Positions 23,332 through 33,331 of a stretch of 64,000 bases of DNA are shown here, piece after piece. The stretch spans positions 672,001 through 736,000 of the forward strand of contig CAVVJT010000004.1 of the NCBI GenBank assembly GCA_963748625.1. The letters run 5' to 3'. Position 1 is the stretch's first letter; each line of letters opens with the position of its first letter. The translations under genes were made by a program, and so were the position numbers. The stretch comes from an uncultured Chloroflexia bacterium. Its GTDB lineage: Bacteria > Chloroflexota > Limnocylindria > Limnocylindrales > CSP1-4. The notes beneath the pieces are model-generated. The model did not search any database and was not told the origin of the DNA. It was given only the letters and a program-made list of their open reading frames with translations.

Positions 23332-24402
23332 TTACGGCCAGGTGGCGTCGGGGCCGGTGGCAAGGAGCCGGCGGCCCATGAACACGCGGGCGTCGAGGTC
23401 CGTGATGCCGCGCAGGAGCGCCGAGTAGACGACGAACCACTGGAGCGGGATCAGCAGGAGGAACGGCGTGAGCTGGGGGTGGATGGCCGGGTAGTCGGCC
23501 GCGTCGATCACGAGCGTCCGGGCGCCGGCCTGGCGGACAAGGTCGAGCGAGCGGAGGGTCATGGCGCGCGAGGCGTCGGTGCCGACCACGAAGACCATGT
23601 CGGGACGCTGGCGCTCGAAGGCCTCGATGGGCCCGTGGCGGAGCTCGCCGCTCTCGATGTACGAGCCGTGGACGCGGATGTTCTCCATGAACACGGTCAG
23701 GGCGAATTTGTAGGCAAGTCCCGCAAGCGAACCCGCGCCGACGCAGTACAGGAGCTGGGCGGGCAGGAATTCCCTCGCCTGGTCCAGGGCGGGCGCCTGC
23801 GCGGTCCGGTACGCCTCGTCAAGGACGGGCGGCAGGGCGTCGAGCCCCTCGAGGAGCGCCTTCGCGTCGTCCGCCTTCGAGCTGCCGGTCTGGATCGCGA
23901 GCTCTGCGGCGAAGATCAGCACTGCCGCCAGCGGCATGTCGTAGAGCGCCGTGGAGGCGTAGTCGATGACGATCGATGCCTCGCTGGCCATCGGGCTCGG
24001 GCGGCGCTTCACCAGGGCCACGGTGGTGGCGCCCTTCGCGTTCGCGTAGCGCATCGCGGCAAGCGTGTCCTCCGTGGCGCCGGAGTACGACGCCAGGAAC
24101 ACGAGGCTCTTCGGGCCGAGATCTGCCGGATCGCGCCAGGTCAGCTCGTAGCTGGGGTAGGCCGCGGCCGGCAGGCCGCCGTAGGTGTCGACGAGCAGCT
24201 GGCCGCTGGCCATGTTCGCGTAAGAGCCGCCGCTGCCGACGAAGTACACCCGGTCGAACTGGCCATCCGCTGCCCGTGCGGCCAGCGCCTTGATCGAGGC
24301 GGTCCGCTCGGCGAGGAAGGCGGTGAGGTCGGCCGCGATCCGCGGCGCGGTGAAGAGCTCGCTCTCGATCGCCTGGTCGACCAGGGTGTCCAGAAGGGTC
24401 AT
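23332..24402 (-). CDS. Second, divergent SIS-domain sugar-phosphate deglycase/isomerase
   Basis: VGSGGS, SYSGATEDT, VFMEN, GELRHGPIE. Confidence 0.82.
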   Translation of the reverse strand: MTLLDTLVDQAIESELFTAPRIAADLTAFLAERTASIKALAARAADGQFDRVYFVGSGGSYANMASGQLLVDTYGGLPAAAYPSYELTWRDPADLGPKSLVFLASYSGATEDTLAAMRYANAKGATTVALVKRRPSPMASEASIVIDYASTALYDMPLAAVLIFAAELAIQTGSSKADDAKALLEGLDALPPVLDEAYRTAQAPALDQAREFLPAQLLYCVGAGSLAGLAYKFALTVFMENIRVHGSYIESGELRHGPIEAFERQRPDMVFVVGTDASRAMTLRSLDLVRQAGARTLVIDAADYPAIHPQLTPFLLLIPLQWFVVYSALLRGITDLDARVFMGRRLLATGPDATWP

Positions 24403-24430
24403 CGGTGGTCCTCGATGCGGAACATAGTCC

Positions 24431-24472
24431 GATTGGGAACGTTCTCAATCGTCGATGTTGGGAACGTTCTCA
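24431..24472. promoter_or_regulatory. Two tandem LacI-family operators
   Basis: TGGGAACGTTCTCA at 24434-24447 and 24459-24472; the first extends to GATTGGGAACGTTCTCAATC; matches the LacI TGnnAnCGnTnnCA consensus. Confidence 0.85.
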
Positions 24473-24581
24473 CACTCCGTTCGAGATGTCAACGGTGAAA
24501 ATGCGACCTGATGCTCCCGCCGGGCGAGTCGCCTCGGGGCCCGGGCGTGGGCACCCGGATGTCGCCGGAGAACCTGCCGCG

Positions 24582-25646
24582 TCAGCGGCGGTGCTGCACC
24601 CCGCCGGCAGGGCGCGCAGGGACGGGCGCGGTGGAGCCCCTCGTCGCAAACGTCGTCGCCAGGACGATCGTCTCGGGCGGGCTGTCGTCACCCGCCAGGC
24701 GTGCAAGCAGCCGTGTCGCCGCCGCGGCGCCGAGGTCGTACACCGGCTGCACGACAACCGACAGCGGCGGGCGCACGATCGTCGTCCACTCGAGGTCGTC
24801 GAACCCGACGAGCGACACCTCTGCCGGTACCGCCCTCCCCGCCTGCTGGACGCCGTCGAAGGCTCCAAGGCTCATCAGGTTGTCGGTGGTGAACACCGCC
24901 GTGGCAGGGTCCTCGATGGCCAGGACGGCGATGGTCTCGGCGACGGCTGCCGCGCGCGTGTAGGCCGCCATCCGGACGAGGTCGTCGGAGACCTCGATCC
25001 CCGCCGCCTCGAGCCCCTGCACGTAGCCTGCGAGACGGGCCTGGTTGGTGTGGATGAGTCCTTGCGAGGTTAGGAGCGCGATCCGCCGGTGGCCGAGGCC
25101 CGTGAGATGCTCGACAGCGCGCCTGGCGGCGGCCTCGTTGTCAACCACCACCGCGTCCGCTGCAAGGCCCGGCAGCACGCGGTCGATCAGGACCACGGGC
25201 GTGCCATGCGCCACGAGCTCCGCGAGGTGAGTCGGCGTCTCCGTGGAGGCGGGCGCGATGATCAGCCCGTCCACCTGCTTCTCGCCAAGCGTCCGGACGG
25301 CGGCCCGTTCGGTGGCCGGATCCTCGTCGCTGTTGACGAGCAGCACCTCGTATCCGGCGCGGTGGGCGACATCCGCGATCCCCCTCGCCGCCCTGGCGAA
25401 GAACGGGTTCTCGATATCGGCAACGACCAGGCCCAAGGTGTGCGTGGTGCCTGTGATCATGCTGCGGGCCAGGGAGTTGCGCCGATAGCCGAGCGTCGCC
25501 GCGGCCGCGGCCACCTTCTCGCGAACGGCCGGGCTCACCGACCCATAGTCGCCCAGTGCCCGGGCCGTCGTGGACACCGATACTCCGGCCAGGGCGGCGA
25601 CAGCCTGGATCGTGGGGGTTGTCCGGGTCCTGGAACGACGTGTCAC
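24582..25646 (-). CDS. LacI-family transcriptional regulator
   Basis: PTIQAVAALAGVSVSTTARAL HTH; NPFF; VSLVGFDD; TATGCT 7 nt before the GTG. Confidence 0.93.
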   Translation of the reverse strand: MTRRSRTRTTPTIQAVAALAGVSVSTTARALGDYGSVSPAVREKVAAAAATLGYRRNSLARSMITGTTHTLGLVVADIENPFFARAARGIADVAHRAGYEVLLVNSDEDPATERAAVRTLGEKQVDGLIIAPASTETPTHLAELVAHGTPVVLIDRVLPGLAADAVVVDNEAAARRAVEHLTGLGHRRIALLTSQGLIHTNQARLAGYVQGLEAAGIEVSDDLVRMAAYTRAAAVAETIAVLAIEDPATAVFTTDNLMSLGAFDGVQQAGRAVPAEVSLVGFDDLEWTTIVRPPLSVVVQPVYDLGAAAATRLLARLAGDDSPPETIVLATTFATRGSTAPVPARPAGGVQHRR

Positions 25647-25766
25647 GTGCGCCAGCATACCGAGCCGCAGCACCAGGACGGACTGGGATCCTGAGCGTGG
25701 GGCGGGCGTCCCGGCCCACTCCCCTACACTTGAAGGCCATCAACGTCCGCCGGAGATCAACCACCC

Positions 25767-26690
25767 GTGACCCTCGCTCCCTTGCGCCCGACGCCCGCCC
25801 CCAGCGTGCGTCCGTGGGCCGGGCACCGTCTCGGCACGCCCGAAGCACGCGTCGGGGAGCTGTGGCTCGCCGGGCCCGACTCCGTTGTGACCGTGGACGA
25901 CAGCACGACCTTCACGCTCGACGAGCTCGCCAGCCAGCACGGCGCCGCGCTGGTGGGTGAACGGGGCATGGCGCTCCTGGGCGCCCGGTTCCCGCTGCTC
26001 ACCAAGCTCATCGACGCCGAGGACTGGCTCTCGCTCCAGGTGCACCCGGATGACGACCTGGCCCGCGCGATCTACGGGCCGGCAGCAGTCGGCAAGGCCG
26101 AGGCATGGGTCGTGATCGACGCCACCCCGGAGACCAGCCTCGTGACCGGTCCGGCTCCAGCGCTGCCCGAGGTTGAGCTGCTGGCGAGGATCGCCCGCGG
26201 CGAGTTGGGCATGGACGGCTGCACCACGACACGTGCCCGCGCCGGCGACGTGCTGCTCCTGGAGCCTGGCACGATCCACGCGATCGGGGCGGGAGCATTC
26301 GTCTACGAGATCGAGCAGCCGTCGGACATCACGTTCCGGGTCTCCGACTGGGGCCGGCCCACGGGCCGGACGCTTCACGTGGAGGAGGCGCTCCGGGCGC
26401 TGCGCCCCGCTGCCCACGCCGTTCCGGCGGGCACGGGCTGGGCGCTCGACGGCGGCACCCTTGAGAACGGGCTCTTCCGCCTGGAGCTGGTGCGGGCAGC
26501 GGACCGGCGCGCGCCCGCGGGGCGTTCCGTCGAGGTCGTCTCGACCCTGGTAGGTGGCGCGACGGTGCGTGGCGACAGCTGGTCCGAGCGGCTCGACGAG
26601 TGGGAGACGGTCGTGGTGCCGGCATCGGTGGAGGCCTACGCGCTCGAACCTGACCAGGGAGCCGTCGTGGCGGTCGGCACGGTCCCCTGA
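25767..26690 (+). CDS. manA: Mannose-6-phosphate isomerase, class I
   Basis: FPLLTKLIDAEDWLSLQVHPDD, GKAEAW, PGTIHAIG, EIEQPSDITFR. Confidence 0.9.
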   Translation: MTLAPLRPTPAPSVRPWAGHRLGTPEARVGELWLAGPDSVVTVDDSTTFTLDELASQHGAALVGERGMALLGARFPLLTKLIDAEDWLSLQVHPDDDLARAIYGPAAVGKAEAWVVIDATPETSLVTGPAPALPEVELLARIARGELGMDGCTTTRARAGDVLLLEPGTIHAIGAGAFVYEIEQPSDITFRVSDWGRPTGRTLHVEEALRALRPAAHAVPAGTGWALDGGTLENGLFRLELVRAADRRAPAGRSVEVVSTLVGGATVRGDSWSERLDEWETVVVPASVEAYALEPDQGAVVAVGTVP

Positions 26691-26717
26691 CGGGTCCAGG
26701 TCGGGTCGGCCGACGGG

Positions 26718-27047
26718 CTACCAGGTCCCGGCGTCGTACCGGCGTAGCGCCGCAAGCCGCCCGGCGGGCACGTGGCACTCCAGGCAGGTGACGCCGTCAG
26801 GACCGACGAATGCCTCGTGGAGCGTGCCGGCCGGGAGGTCCAGCCGGTCCCCCGCCCCGAGATCCACGTGGCCGCCGGTCCGCGGAAGGCCGAAGCGGAT
26901 GGAGCCGGCGGCGCACACGAGCACCTTGTCGAAGCCGTGCTCGTGGGGGCTGTAGCGGTCGAACGGGCCGTTCGACCATGGGCCGGGATCCAGCCCCTGG
27001 TCCCTGAGGCGCCGGACGAGGTCGCCCTCCCCACGACCTGCGCTCAC
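26718..27047 (-). CDS. Small cupin-domain protein
   Basis: WSNGPFDRYSPHEHGFDKVL...GDRLDLPAGTLHEA; GTG overlaps the VIT1 stop codon. Confidence 0.78.
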   Translation of the reverse strand: MSAGRGEGDLVRRLRDQGLDPGPWSNGPFDRYSPHEHGFDKVLVCAAGSIRFGLPRTGGHVDLGAGDRLDLPAGTLHEAFVGPDGVTCLECHVPAGRLAALRRYDAGTW

Positions 27048-28303
27048 CCGGTCACCGCCACGCCGATGAGGCTGCCGACGAGGTACGTGACGCCCGCTGC
27101 GGCGGCACCGATGCCCATCTGCCGGACACCCGAGTAGAGCATGCTGCGGCCGGTGAGCAGGCTGACGGCTGCACCCACCACGAACAGGGCAGCCAGGCTC
27201 ATGGCAAGGCTCACGAAGAAGACCGCGGTGCCGCTGCCGAAGAGGTACGGGATCACCGGGATCACCGCGCCCACCGCGAAGGCGAGGAACGAGCCGATCG
27301 CCGCACCCCACGGCGAGCCGAGCTCATCGGGGTCGAGGCCGAGCTCCTCGCGCACGAGCGTGTCAAGCGCGAGCTTGGGGTCCCGGAACATCCGCTCGGC
27401 GATCCGTTCGGCCTCGTCCCTCGGGAAGCCCTTGGACATGTAGATGGCGGCGAGCTCGCGCTGCTCCTCCTCGGGCATCGCCTCGAGCTCCGCCTTCTCG
27501 AGCTCGATCTGCCGTTCGAAGAGCTCGCGCTGGCTCTGCATCGAGATGTACTCGCCCGCAGCCATGGAGAAGGCGCCGGCGAGCAGGCCCGCGATGCCCG
27601 CGAGCAGCACGAAGCCGCCTTGGTCAGAGGCGCCGGCCACGCCCATCACGAGCGCGAGATTGGACACCAGGCCATCGGAGACGCCGAAGATGACCGCGCG
27701 GATGGTCCCCGAGCGTGCGCTGCGATGCCAGCCCTCCCCCGCGGTGATCCGCTCGGGAGCATCGGCCTCACCGGGCGTGATGACCGGGTGCTCGCCTGCG
27801 GCGACGACCGCTGCGGCATCCCCGCCGCGCGGCACCCTCGACGCGGTGGCCTCCTTCGTGCTGCCACCCAGCTTGGCCGCGCCGCCCGGCGTTGCCGCGC
27901 CGCCCGCCTTGGCCTCCCCGTCGAGGCGCTTCCAGATCTCGGCGTGCTCGCGCTCGTCGGCAGCAATCGACTCGATGGCCGGATGGGCCTCCTGGGCGAC
28001 GTAGATGGCCTCCTCGTCGCCTTCGAGCGCTTTGACGAGGTCGGACACGGCGCGCGTGCCCATGAGCCTCGCGACGAAGACGATGAACCGGACGCGCAGC
28101 CGGGGCCGGCCGGGGTCGGGAACCGTTGCGCCCAGCTCGCGCAAGCGGTCCACCCAGATCGCAGCGTGGCGGCGCTCGTTGGCGGCGATGTGGCGGAACG
28201 CCTCGGCGCGCCGGGGGTCCTTCTCGATCTCCGCCAGTGCCTCGTACAGCACGATGGCGTCCTGCTCGAGCTTCAGGTTCTCGAGGCTCTGCGCGATGTT
28301 CAT
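27044..28303 (-). CDS. Rubrerythrin/ferritin-like domain fused to a VIT1/CCC1 Fe/Mn transporter
   Basis: EQDAIVLY, ANERRHA, ADEREHA (ExxH pairs); IFGVSDGLVSN, GAFSMAAGEYIS, EELG. Confidence 0.9.
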   Translation of the reverse strand: MNIAQSLENLKLEQDAIVLYEALAEIEKDPRRAEAFRHIAANERRHAAIWVDRLRELGATVPDPGRPRLRVRFIVFVARLMGTRAVSDLVKALEGDEEAIYVAQEAHPAIESIAADEREHAEIWKRLDGEAKAGGAATPGGAAKLGGSTKEATASRVPRGGDAAAVVAAGEHPVITPGEADAPERITAGEGWHRSARSGTIRAVIFGVSDGLVSNLALVMGVAGASDQGGFVLLAGIAGLLAGAFSMAAGEYISMQSQRELFERQIELEKAELEAMPEEEQRELAAIYMSKGFPRDEAERIAERMFRDPKLALDTLVREELGLDPDELGSPWGAAIGSFLAFAVGAVIPVIPYLFGSGTAVFFVSLAMSLAALFVVGAAVSLLTGRSMLYSGVRQMGIGAAAAGVTYLVGSLIGVAVTG

Positions 28304-28355
28304 GGCGCCACGATATGTGACACGGGCGGCGGCCGCGGCGCCTGCCGCGGCGGTC

Positions 28356-28543
28356 CCGGGTCGCCTGCCGTGCCCCGGGTCGCGTGCCGTGTCACCGGGT
28401 CGCCTGCCGTGCCCTCGCTGCACGGCCAGCGGGCCAACCATCGCGCGCCCTGTCATCCTGGCCCGCCCGGCGAGCCATCTCGCGCCTCCCGAGCCTGGAA
28501 CCCCCAGTTCCGGCACGGCAAGCGAGCAGGAATCGCACGGCAC
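28356..28543. repeat. Three tandem 19-20-bp repeats plus inverted copies downstream
   Basis: CCGGGTCGC(C/G)TGCCGTG x3 (28356, 28375, 28395); inverted GGCACGGCAAGCGA at 28512 and GCACGGCAC at about 28535. Confidence 0.75.
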
Positions 28544-28633
28544 CAGACCGTTGGCGCGGCGAGCGTGCGCCGCCGGGTCCGACGAGACCGCAGCGTCCGG
28601 ACGGCGGGCCACCTCGACCCCTACACTCGCCCC

Positions 28634-29639
28634 ATGCCCGACCTGCCGCCGCTGCGCTACCTCACCGCGGCCGACGTGACCGCGGCCATGCCGCCGCTCG
28701 AGCGCCGGCTCGCGCTCGCCGAGACCACCCTGCGCGGCCTTGCGGAGGGGGCCGAGCTGCCGCCCAAGCTCGCGGTCCACCCCCGGCCGCCCGGCTCATT
28801 CGCCCACGCGATGCCCGCGCGCCTGCCCCGCGCTGCCGAGGACGGCTCCGACGACCTGCTGGGCATGAAGTGGGTCGGCGGGAACCCGGCCAACAACGCC
28901 GCAGGGCTCGCGGGCATCTACGGCCTGCTGCTGCTCAACGATCCCGTCACCACGGTTCCGGTGGCGATCCTCGACGCCGGGCCGATCACCGCCGAGCGGA
29001 CGGCTGCCGTGTCGGGTGTCGCGATCCGTGCCTTCGCCCCGCAGCTGCCGGATGGACGACGCGCACGCGCTGCCCTGATCGGTGCCGGCGTGCAGGGCCG
29101 CAGCCACCTCGCGGTCCTGGGCCTCGTGCTGCCCGGGGTCGCGCTTGCCGTCTACGATCGAGATCATGGGCGGGCCGCGTCGCTGGCCGAGGACGCGCTG
29201 CGCGTGCCTGGCATCGGAGCCGCCCTCGTGGCCGCCAGTGCGCGCGACGCCGTCGAAGGGGCGGACGTCGTGCTCAGCGTCGCGTCGTTCCTGGCGTCGT
29301 CCGAGCGCCAGGTCCATGACCAACGACTGGCTGGTGCCCCACGCGCTGGTGGTGCCCGTGGACTACGCGACCTACTGCGCCGCGGAGGTCGCCCGGGACG
29401 CCGACCTGTTCCTGGTGGACCACCTGGGCCAGTTCCTGGCCAACCGCGACGCCGGCAACTTCGACGGCTACCCCGAGCCCGCCGCCATGCTGGGCGAGGC
29501 GCTGGCTGCACGCACCGAGCGGCCTGCCGGCCGGGTCGTGACCACGCACCTGGGCACGGGGCTCGCCGACGTGGTGTTCGGCGCGGAAATCCTGGACCGG
29601 GCGACGTCGATGGGCCTGGGGCTCCTGCTCCCCCGCTGA
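28634..29639 (+). CDS. Ornithine cyclodeaminase / mu-crystallin family protein; frameshift near 29310
   Basis: HAMPA, GMKWV, ITAERTAAVSG, LIGAGVQGRSH, GTGLADV. Confidence 0.87.
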
Positions 29640-29783
29640 CGGCCGCCGGACGCCGGCCAGGCGCCCGCTACCCCGCTGACGGCGCAACGCCGCGGCATGG
29701 CGCGCTCGTACCGGGTAGCCTGTCGCGGCTCGGGAGCATCGCGGCGAGGAGCCAGGCGGGGCCGGGGCGAGGAGGAGGCCTCG

Positions 29784-32411
29784 GTGCGACGCGTTCTGGG
29801 TGGTGTGCTGGTCGTGGTGGTCGTTGTGCTGCTGGGCGGCGTGATCGCCGCCGGCGGCCTCCTGGGATCGGTGGCCGCGGGTGGCCAGACGCCCCAGAAC
29901 GGGACCTTCCACACGCCTGGGATCGCGGCCGACGTGCGCATCCTGCGCGACGTCAACGGCATCACCAACATCGAGGCGTCCACCGCGCACGACCTGTTCT
30001 TCGCCCAGGGCTGGCTCCATGCGTCGGAGCGCCTGTGGCAGATGGAGACCTACCGCCGCATCGGCGCCGGCCGCCTCGCGGAGATCTTCGGCGCGAGCCA
30101 GGTCGCCACGGACTCCTTCATCCGGACGATGGACTGGCGCGGCGCCGCCCAGCGCGACATGGATGCCGCCTCGCCCGAGATGCTCGCGATCCTCGATGCC
30201 TACAGCGCGGGCGTGAACGCCTACATCGACGGCCACCAGGGGTCCTTCGGGCCGGCCTTCGTGATCGCGGGCGCCCTGTCGGGCGTGGGCAACGGGCTCG
30301 AGGGCTACCGCCCGGAGCCGTGGACCCCGCTCGATACGCTGACCTTCGGCAAGGTCCAGGCCTGGGGCCTGGGCGGCAACATGGACACCGAGATCTTCCG
30401 CATGCTCGCCGACTCCGGCCTGGGCAGCCCCGCCCTCACCGACGAGCTGTTCCCCGCCTACCCCGCCGACCGCCCGCTGATCGCAGCCGAGGGCGTGCCC
30501 GGCGATGGCGTGAACGGCGGCGCGGGCGCCCCCACGGGCGGCACGTCGCAGCCGACGACGGCCGCGGTGACCGGCGATGACGCCGAGGCCTGGACGCAGC
30601 TCGCGCTGCTGGCCAACCGGATCCCCGCGCTGGCCGGCCTTGCGCCGGAGCGCGACCTCGTGGGCGAGGGCGGCGTCGGCTCCAACAACTGGGTGGTCGC
30701 ACCCGAGCACACCACGTCCGGCACCGCGCTCCTCGCGAACGACCCGCACCTGGGGCTCGACATGCCCTCGATCTGGTACGTCAACGGCCTCCATTGCGCG
30801 CCCGTGTCCGACGCCTGCGACTTCAACGTGGCCGGCGTCTCCTTCCCGGGCACCCCGGGCGTCATCCTGGGCCACAACGAGCACATCGCCTGGGGCGTGA
30901 CCAACGTCAACCCCGACGTCCAGGACCTCGTCATGGAGCAGGTGGACCCGGCCGACCCGTCCAAGTACGTCACCGCCGAGGGCTCCGAGCCCTTCACCGT
31001 GCGCACCGAGACCATCAAGGTCGCCGGCGCCGACGACGTGGTGCTCACGGTCCGCTCCACCCGCCACGGCCCGATCCTCAACGACGTGGACGACCGCCTC
31101 AAGGACGCCGACACCCTGCTCGCCCTGCGCTGGTCGGCCCTCGCCCAGCCGGACGGCGTGATGGCCGCGTTCATCAACGTCAACCGTGCCTCCAACTACA
31201 ACGAGTTCCGCGATGCCCTACGCCCGTACGGCGCGCCATCGCAGAACTTCGTGTACGCGGACGACCAGGGCAACATCGGCTACCAGATGCCGGGCGCGAT
31301 CCCCGTGCGCACGGATCCTGCCGACCAGGGCCTGCGCCCGGTCCCCGGCTGGGACGGCCAGCACGAGTGGACGGGCTACATCCCGTTCGACTCGCTGCCC
31401 ACGGTGTACAACCCGCCGTCCGGGCGGATCGTGACGGCCAACAACGCGCCCGCGTCGGGCGACCTGTTCATCGGCGCCGAGTTCGACTTCGGCGACCGGG
31501 CGGCGCGGATCACGCAGCTCATCGACAAGGCGGGCGACCAGGTGTCGCTCGACACGCTTGCGGACATCCAGGGCGACACCGTCCAGCTGCGGGGCGCCCG
31601 GATGCAGCAGGCGCTGGCCGACATGCGCCCCCTGCCGACCACGGACGACGGGCGAGCGGTGCTCGATCTCATCGCCGACTGGAACGGCCGCTGCACCACG
31701 GACTCCACTGGCTGCTCCGCGTTCAACGTGTTCGAGTACGCGATCAATCGCGCCATCTTCGACAACGAGCTCGGGTCCCTCGCCCGCGACTACGTCGGCT
31801 CCGACTGGGCGAACGAGCTGGCCGCGACCATGATCGGCACGCCCGAGGGCCGCGCCTCGGCCTGGTGGGGCGACGCCCGGATCGGCCAGGGCGCGTCCGC
31901 TGTCCGAGGTGACCGCCATCGCCCTCGACAGCGCAGGCTCTGGCTGCGCCGCGATCTCGGCGGCCCCAGCGCCTGGACAGTGGGGCCGGATCCACCAGAT
32001 CGCCTTCAACGAGGCGACCCTGGGCAAGAGCGGGATCGCCCCGCTCGAGTGGTTCTTCGGGACGCCGTCGACCCCGGTGGATGGCGCCGGCGGCGCGGTG
32101 AACAACACGTACTACCGCCTGTCGCGCGCCTACGAGGACCCGTACGACCCGGAGTACGAGCCGGTCATGACCCTGGCCGAGGTGTTCGACGTGACCAACG
32201 GGCCGTCGCTCCGCGCGCTCTACAACGGGGCGGACCCGGACGCCGCACGGATCATCACCACCACCGGCCAGAGCGGGTCGCCGTTCAACGGCCACAACAC
32301 GGACTGGATCCGATCTCTGGCTGGCCAACGAGACGGTCCCGTTCCCGTTCTCCGACAGAGGCGATCGAGAAGGCGGCCAAGAACGTGGTGGTCCTGCGCG
32401 CGAACCCCTGA
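29784..32411 (+). CDS. Penicillin acylase family (S45) Ntn hydrolase; frameshifts in the 3' quarter
   Basis: SD GGAGGAGG; FAQGWLHASERLWQM, GSNNW, ANDPHL, QNFVYAD, TGQSGSPF. Confidence 0.92.
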   Translation: MRRVLGGVLVVVVVVLLGGVIAAGGLLGSVAAGGQTPQNGTFHTPGIAADVRILRDVNGITNIEASTAHDLFFAQGWLHASERLWQMETYRRIGAGRLAEIFGASQVATDSFIRTMDWRGAAQRDMDAASPEMLAILDAYSAGVNAYIDGHQGSFGPAFVIAGALSGVGNGLEGYRPEPWTPLDTLTFGKVQAWGLGGNMDTEIFRMLADSGLGSPALTDELFPAYPADRPLIAAEGVPGDGVNGGAGAPTGGTSQPTTAAVTGDDAEAWTQLALLANRIPALAGLAPERDLVGEGGVGSNNWVVAPEHTTSGTALLANDPHLGLDMPSIWYVNGLHCAPVSDACDFNVAGVSFPGTPGVILGHNEHIAWGVTNVNPDVQDLVMEQVDPADPSKYVTAEGSEPFTVRTETIKVAGADDVVLTVRSTRHGPILNDVDDRLKDADTLLALRWSALAQPDGVMAAFINVNRASNYNEFRDALRPYGAPSQNFVYADDQGNIGYQMPGAIPVRTDPADQGLRPVPGWDGQHEWTGYIPFDSLPTVYNPPSGRIVTANNAPASGDLFIGAEFDFGDRAARITQLIDKAGDQVSLDTLADIQGDTVQLRGARMQQALADMRPLPTTDDGRAVLDLIADWNGRCTTDSTGCSAFNVFEYAINRAIFDNELGSLARDYVGSDWANELAATMIGTPEGRASAWWGDARIGQGASAVRGDRHRPRQRRLWLRRDLGGPSAWTVGPDPPDRLQRGDPGQERDRPARVVLRDAVDPGGWRRRRGEQHVLPPVARLRGPVRPGVRAGHDPGRGVRRDQRAVAPRALQRGGPGRRTDHHHHRPERVAVQRPQHGLDPISGWPTRRSRSRSPTEAIEKAAKNVVVLRANP

Positions 32412-32527
32412 CCGGAGGAGTCCGGTCGGCGCCAGCGCCGGGCGGACGTCGACCACGGCAGCCGCGGGTCGGGCATCGAGCGTCCGGCGCGACCTGATCC
32501 GGCGGGCCACGCGATACTGGCGCCGCG

Positions 32528-33272
32528 ATGCAGGAATGGATGCAGTGGGAGCCGGTCCGCGGCAAGCGCTTCGCCTCGCTCAAGGCCACCCCGGCCCGGC
32601 TGCTGGTGGGAGCTGGAGCCTTGGCTGGCTGTCGTGGCCGGGCTGATGCCATGGGCCGAGGGGTCGCGCCGGGGCGGTCGGGCTTCGAGCCCGTCTCGTA
32701 CAGCGCGCTCGGGGGCGCCGGCGATGGCGTGATGCTGATCGTGATCTCGATCGCCGCCGCCATCCTGACGCTCCACCGCACCCCGGCCGAGTCCCGGACG
32801 AGGACCGTCCGCCTGCTTCCCGGCCGTGATGGTGACGCTCGCGGTGTTCACCTGGCTGAACGGACGGCGAGCCGCCGAGGCCGCCATCGAGGAGTGGGTG
32901 ATCCGCGGCGGCTCCGGTGGACCCGCACTCGGGATGTGGCTGGCCGCGGCAGGCGTTGGAGCGATGGTGCTGGGCACCCTCTGGCTGCTGCCGGCCGTCG
33001 TGCGCTGGCAGCGGCACCACGATGATCCCGAGGATCTGCTCACGTTCAGCTGGGCCGGAACGGCGGAGCTGATCGCCGGCACGGTGGGCCTCATCGTCGG
33101 CGGGATCGTCGGGATCAACATCGGCCTGGCGCTGACCGGGCCGATGATCGTGGGCACGATCTTCCTGGGCGCGGTGTTCGGCGGGCTGCTGGGGGCCTAC
33201 GCCGCGATGTGGGCTGTCGGGGCGATCCTGCGGCGCCTCTCTGCCAGCAGGGGGGCGCCACCACAGGGCTGA
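32528..33272 (+). CDS. Hypothetical multi-pass membrane protein; frameshifted
   Basis: Hydrophobic segments in ORFs 32528-33025 and 32826-33272. Confidence 0.6.
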
Positions 33273-33331
33273 CGCGCCAACGCGGCGGCGGCCCCCGGAA
33301 CGACGCCACAACCCCGGTACCATCGCCCCCC

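Noticed and set aside
28304-28633. yybP-ykoY or NiCo riboswitch upstream of the VIT1 transporter
   Set aside because: Consensus motifs were not found, and the gene appears leaderless.
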